A DNA stretch of 20,105 nucleotides, taken from Promethearchaeota archaeon (lineage in GTDB: Archaea > Asgardarchaeota > Lokiarchaeia > Sigyniarchaeales > SOKP01). This document shows, piece after piece, positions 17,167 through 20,105 of the stretch (positions are counted from its first letter, which is position 1; the number at the start of each line of letters is the position of its first letter). The translations under genes and the position numbers were made by a program. Where the stretch lies: contig JALGVJ010000055.1 of NCBI GenBank assembly GCA_029838195.1, positions 1-20,105 on the forward strand, read 5' to 3'. Below the pieces are notes generated by a model, which was given only the letters and a program-made list of their open reading frames with translations, ran no database searches and was not told where the DNA came from.

Positions 17167-18552
17167 ATGCTAAAAATTTCTTTTATTGGTGCTGCGTCTC
17201 TCGTGTTTGGGGAAAATATCATTTCAGATCTCTTGAGCTTTCCTGCTTTAAGAAAAGATACCCTTATTTGCTTGGAAGATATCGATGCTCATCGCTTGGA
17301 CCTCATCTATCAATATTTTCAAAAATATAAAGAATTAAATGAAAAAGAATTGGAAGGTGTTCAAATCGAAAAAACTACGGACCAAAAAAAAGCTATAGAA
17401 GATGCTAAATATATTATCAATGCAGTGCACGTGGGTGGTTTAGATGCATATAAATTGGATGTTGAAATACCGTTTAAATATGGCGTGTCTCAAACAGTCG
17501 GAGACACCTTGGGTCCTGGCGGAGTGTTCCGATTTCTTCGAACGGTTCCATTTTTTAATCAATTACTTGAAGACATGAAGACCATCGGATATAATGCGGA
17601 TAAAAAAGAAGGAAAAAAATCCCTATTATTAAATTATACGAATCCCATGGCCATGAATACGTGGTATTGCAATTTAATTTACCCTGGCTCTACGGTAGGT
17701 CTATGCCACGGCGTTCAAGGCACGGCGCATCTTCTCAGGCTATGGCTGGGGGCAAGACCAGAAGAAATAAGTTATTTCTGTGCTGGCATCAATCACATGG
17801 CTTGGTTTTTAGAATTCTGGTATAAAGACTCGAACGACCCCAATGCTCAATGGCAAAATGCTTATCCCTTACTTCGTGAAAAATTTAAACAATCAGAAAA
17901 ATTACAAAGGCTAAAAGGCATCCGCTGGGACATGATGGAAGCTACAGGATATTTTATGACCGAATCCGATGGACATCTTTCTGAATATCTCCCTTATTAT
18001 CGAAAGCGAAAAGATCTCTTGGAAAAATATAGAGTAGGGCCCGATTGGCTAAGCACCCTTGAACAAGCCTCTGACTATCACGAACAAGTAAAGTTTCAAG
18101 AGAGTCTGGAAAGCTTTTTTCGAAGAAAAATGAAACGAAGAAAACTTCCCTTTAGAAAAGCCGCTTCAGATGAGTATGCTTCTCATATCATTAACGCTCT
18201 TGAAACAGGAGTACCGTTTAGATTTAATGGAAACGTGATAAATAAAGAAGGAAGTTTAATCACCAATTTGCCTAATAATTGTTGCGTGGAAGTCCCCATT
18301 TTCGCAGACAAACAAGGGCTTCACCCTCAAGGAGGAATTATATTACCAACCATTTGCCAAGCTTTATGTATATCTAATATCATGGTACAAAAAGCCGCAG
18401 TTGAAGGTGCTCTCACGTTAGACAAGGAAAAGATATATCACGCCATTCTTCTTGATCCCAATACTGCCAGTGTTTGCTCCCCCGCAGAAATAAGAGAAAT
18501 GGTAAATGAAATGTTCGAGGCCGAGAAACAATGGGTCAATTATTTCGATTAA
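17167..18552 (+). CDS. melA: Glycoside hydrolase family 4 (NAD+/Mn2+-dependent), alpha-galactosidase/MelA-like
   Basis: Rossmann motif KISFIGAAS, KYGV.QTVGDTLGPGG.FR..RT, NYTNPM, GLCHG (Mn-Cys), GINHMAW, TES.GHLSEYLP and NLP...CVEVP. Confidence 0.88.
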   Translation: MLKISFIGAASLVFGENIISDLLSFPALRKDTLICLEDIDAHRLDLIYQYFQKYKELNEKELEGVQIEKTTDQKKAIEDAKYIINAVHVGGLDAYKLDVEIPFKYGVSQTVGDTLGPGGVFRFLRTVPFFNQLLEDMKTIGYNADKKEGKKSLLLNYTNPMAMNTWYCNLIYPGSTVGLCHGVQGTAHLLRLWLGARPEEISYFCAGINHMAWFLEFWYKDSNDPNAQWQNAYPLLREKFKQSEKLQRLKGIRWDMMEATGYFMTESDGHLSEYLPYYRKRKDLLEKYRVGPDWLSTLEQASDYHEQVKFQESLESFFRRKMKRRKLPFRKAASDEYASHIINALETGVPFRFNGNVINKEGSLITNLPNNCCVEVPIFADKQGLHPQGGIILPTICQALCISNIMVQKAAVEGALTLDKEKIYHAILLDPNTASVCSPAEIREMVNEMFEAEKQWVNYFD

Positions 18553-18619
18553 AAGAAATCAACGGATAAATCTCACATAATGAAAATGAGAATAAATAAA
18601 ATAAAAAAAAAATTAAAAC

Positions 18620-19963
18620 TTATTTTGATCTTTCTTTTTCCCAGTCAAAATCTAAAGTAATGAACTTTTTCGTGAATAAGAATGTCACGATGAGCACTCC
18701 CGAACACCATAAACCCCAAAGCACGTATCCCCAAGAAAAGTCCTTTCCCGGCACGTTCGGTAATCCTAAAATCGCACCCGTAATAAATAATGCAATCGCT
18801 TGAAAAATATTGAGTAAAATTTGGGGAAATCCTGCGTAAAGCCCAGATTTTCTGCCTTCTTCATCAAATTTAACTTCAGCATCTTCTGCGGTATCAGCGA
18901 GCCAAATATACGGAAATAAATAATATCCCCCAAGAAACGCTGCTACGCCTAAAATAAAAAGAATGGCAACGAATAAGCTAATTCCGCTTGGAATAAGTCC
19001 TATTAAGGTAAAGGGGAGTACTACGATTCCGGTGACGAGAATGATTAAAAAGGTTTGCTTTTTCCCTTTTTTATCAATCAACTTTTTCCACCCGAAAAGA
19101 AACACGACAATACCAACTAATAGCGTTACAGCTGCGATGTACATTTCATCTCCCTGAAATTTAAGGACTTCGGTGATAAAGCCGATTGATGTTGGCATTA
19201 TCATGCCAATAGCTAAAAATGCGATTGCTTGGAGCCAACATACGTTCATGAAATTCTTATCTTTTAAGACCTTTCTTAAATCTTCCTTGAAATTCATGCG
19301 AGCACCTTTAATTTGTTCCACGGGAAGGGCAAAAGCACAGAAATAAAAAAATACGACGACTAATGCACCAAAAGCAATAATTATGAAAGTAAAAATCGGA
19401 TCAATAACTCCAGTTGCTTGAAATGAGCTAATAAAAGGCGGAAACACGAGTAGCGTGAATACAACACCAAGACCTGAGCCTACAAAGCTGAAAAGATTTT
19501 GGAAGGCAGAAGCTTTTGGTCTTTGATTAACAAAAAATTGTTCTGAAACCCACGATTGATAAGGTGTCGTAAGCCCACCATAAGACCATTGAAATACAGC
19601 ATCCCAAATGATAATCCAAACGAATAACTGCGAGCTTGTGGGATTTTGAAGGAATAGCATGGGCAATAAAGCAAAAATGAAAGAAAGACCCGTGAGAGGC
19701 GCATAAAAAAACATGAAAGGTTTTCTGCGTCCGAATCTTGTATTAGTTTTATCAGAGAGCCATCCCATGAGAAATTGTCCCGCAGCGATGCTTAATTTGC
19801 CTATTGCCGTACCTATACCTGATAATATGGGGAGCAACCCATAAGCGGTAATGTAGAGGTATAATATTCCAAAATCTACAATGTCTAATACGATTCCAGC
19901 ACTAAATCTGGGCGAACCATAAATTAAATATTTTTTTATAGAAGTTTGATTAGTTGAATTCAT
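18620..19963 (-). CDS. MFS transporter, GPH/MelB-like family
   Basis: About 12 TM helices, GWLSDKTNTRFGRRKPF and ADTAEDAE.....GRKSGLYAG. Confidence 0.9.
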   Translation of the reverse strand: MNSTNQTSIKKYLIYGSPRFSAGIVLDIVDFGILYLYITAYGLLPILSGIGTAIGKLSIAAGQFLMGWLSDKTNTRFGRRKPFMFFYAPLTGLSFIFALLPMLFLQNPTSSQLFVWIIIWDAVFQWSYGGLTTPYQSWVSEQFFVNQRPKASAFQNLFSFVGSGLGVVFTLLVFPPFISSFQATGVIDPIFTFIIIAFGALVVVFFYFCAFALPVEQIKGARMNFKEDLRKVLKDKNFMNVCWLQAIAFLAIGMIMPTSIGFITEVLKFQGDEMYIAAVTLLVGIVVFLFGWKKLIDKKGKKQTFLIILVTGIVVLPFTLIGLIPSGISLFVAILFILGVAAFLGGYYLFPYIWLADTAEDAEVKFDEEGRKSGLYAGFPQILLNIFQAIALFITGAILGLPNVPGKDFSWGYVLWGLWCSGVLIVTFLFTKKFITLDFDWEKERSK

Positions 19964-20008
19964 TGTTGTTCAAATATAATTTTGTTTCAATTGAGGGTAT
20001 TTTTAAGT

Positions 20009-20105
20009 TTATAATTTAGCTTGGTTTTTAAATTTTTTAGCTTTAAGGGCGACAAAAATCGAGATTATAGCAATCGCAGTTTTGTCGGTTCTCGCTTGTA
20101 ATCCG
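20009..20105 (-). CDS. Possible 3' end of an upstream gene (partial)
   Basis: A minus-strand frame is open from the window edge (GLQARTDKTAIAIISIFVALKAKKFKNQAKL*) and ends 45 bp upstream of the MFS start. It is too short to verify. Confidence 0.25.
   Translation of the reverse strand, partial: GLQARTDKTAIAIISIFVALKAKKFKNQAKL

Noticed and set aside
18963-19704. ORFs 18963-19157 and 19480-19704
   Set aside because: They lie entirely within the MFS gene, antisense or in an alternate frame.

Overview
AT-rich prokaryotic window, most likely from an Asgard archaeon (Lokiarchaeia-like). This taxonomy is inferred from the gene repertoire: a NosD/CASH surface protein, an SBBP fragment, an ArfB-like amidohydrolase, a PEMT/ICMT-like protein, a standalone 7TM protein, TATA-like intergenic elements and a GGTGA-type RBS. 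The left end holds a 5'-truncated beta-helix surface protein with recent 69-bp repeat expansions, followed by a decayed region. The rest is a lipid/sugar catabolic locus: acyl-CoA ligase, NagB-like deaminase/isomerase, two GPH-type MFS transporters, GH3, GH31 and GH4 glycosidases, a transaldolase and an L-fucose/L-arabinose-isomerase-family protein. The main signal is that the transaldolase (SqvA/SftT-like, with sulfonate-type substitutions), the isomerase (SqvD/SftI-like) and the YihQ-like GH31 form the core of the sulfoglycolytic sulfofructose-transaldolase (sulfo-SFT/sulfo-TAL) pathway, characterised in Firmicutes but here in an apparently archaeal genome. The GH31 has a remodelled sulfonate pocket. 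The GH3 embedded in the cluster has an Arg where xylosidases carry the C6-blocking Trp, making it a candidate beta-sulfoquinovosidase. All comparisons with reference proteins are from memory and need alignment to confirm.
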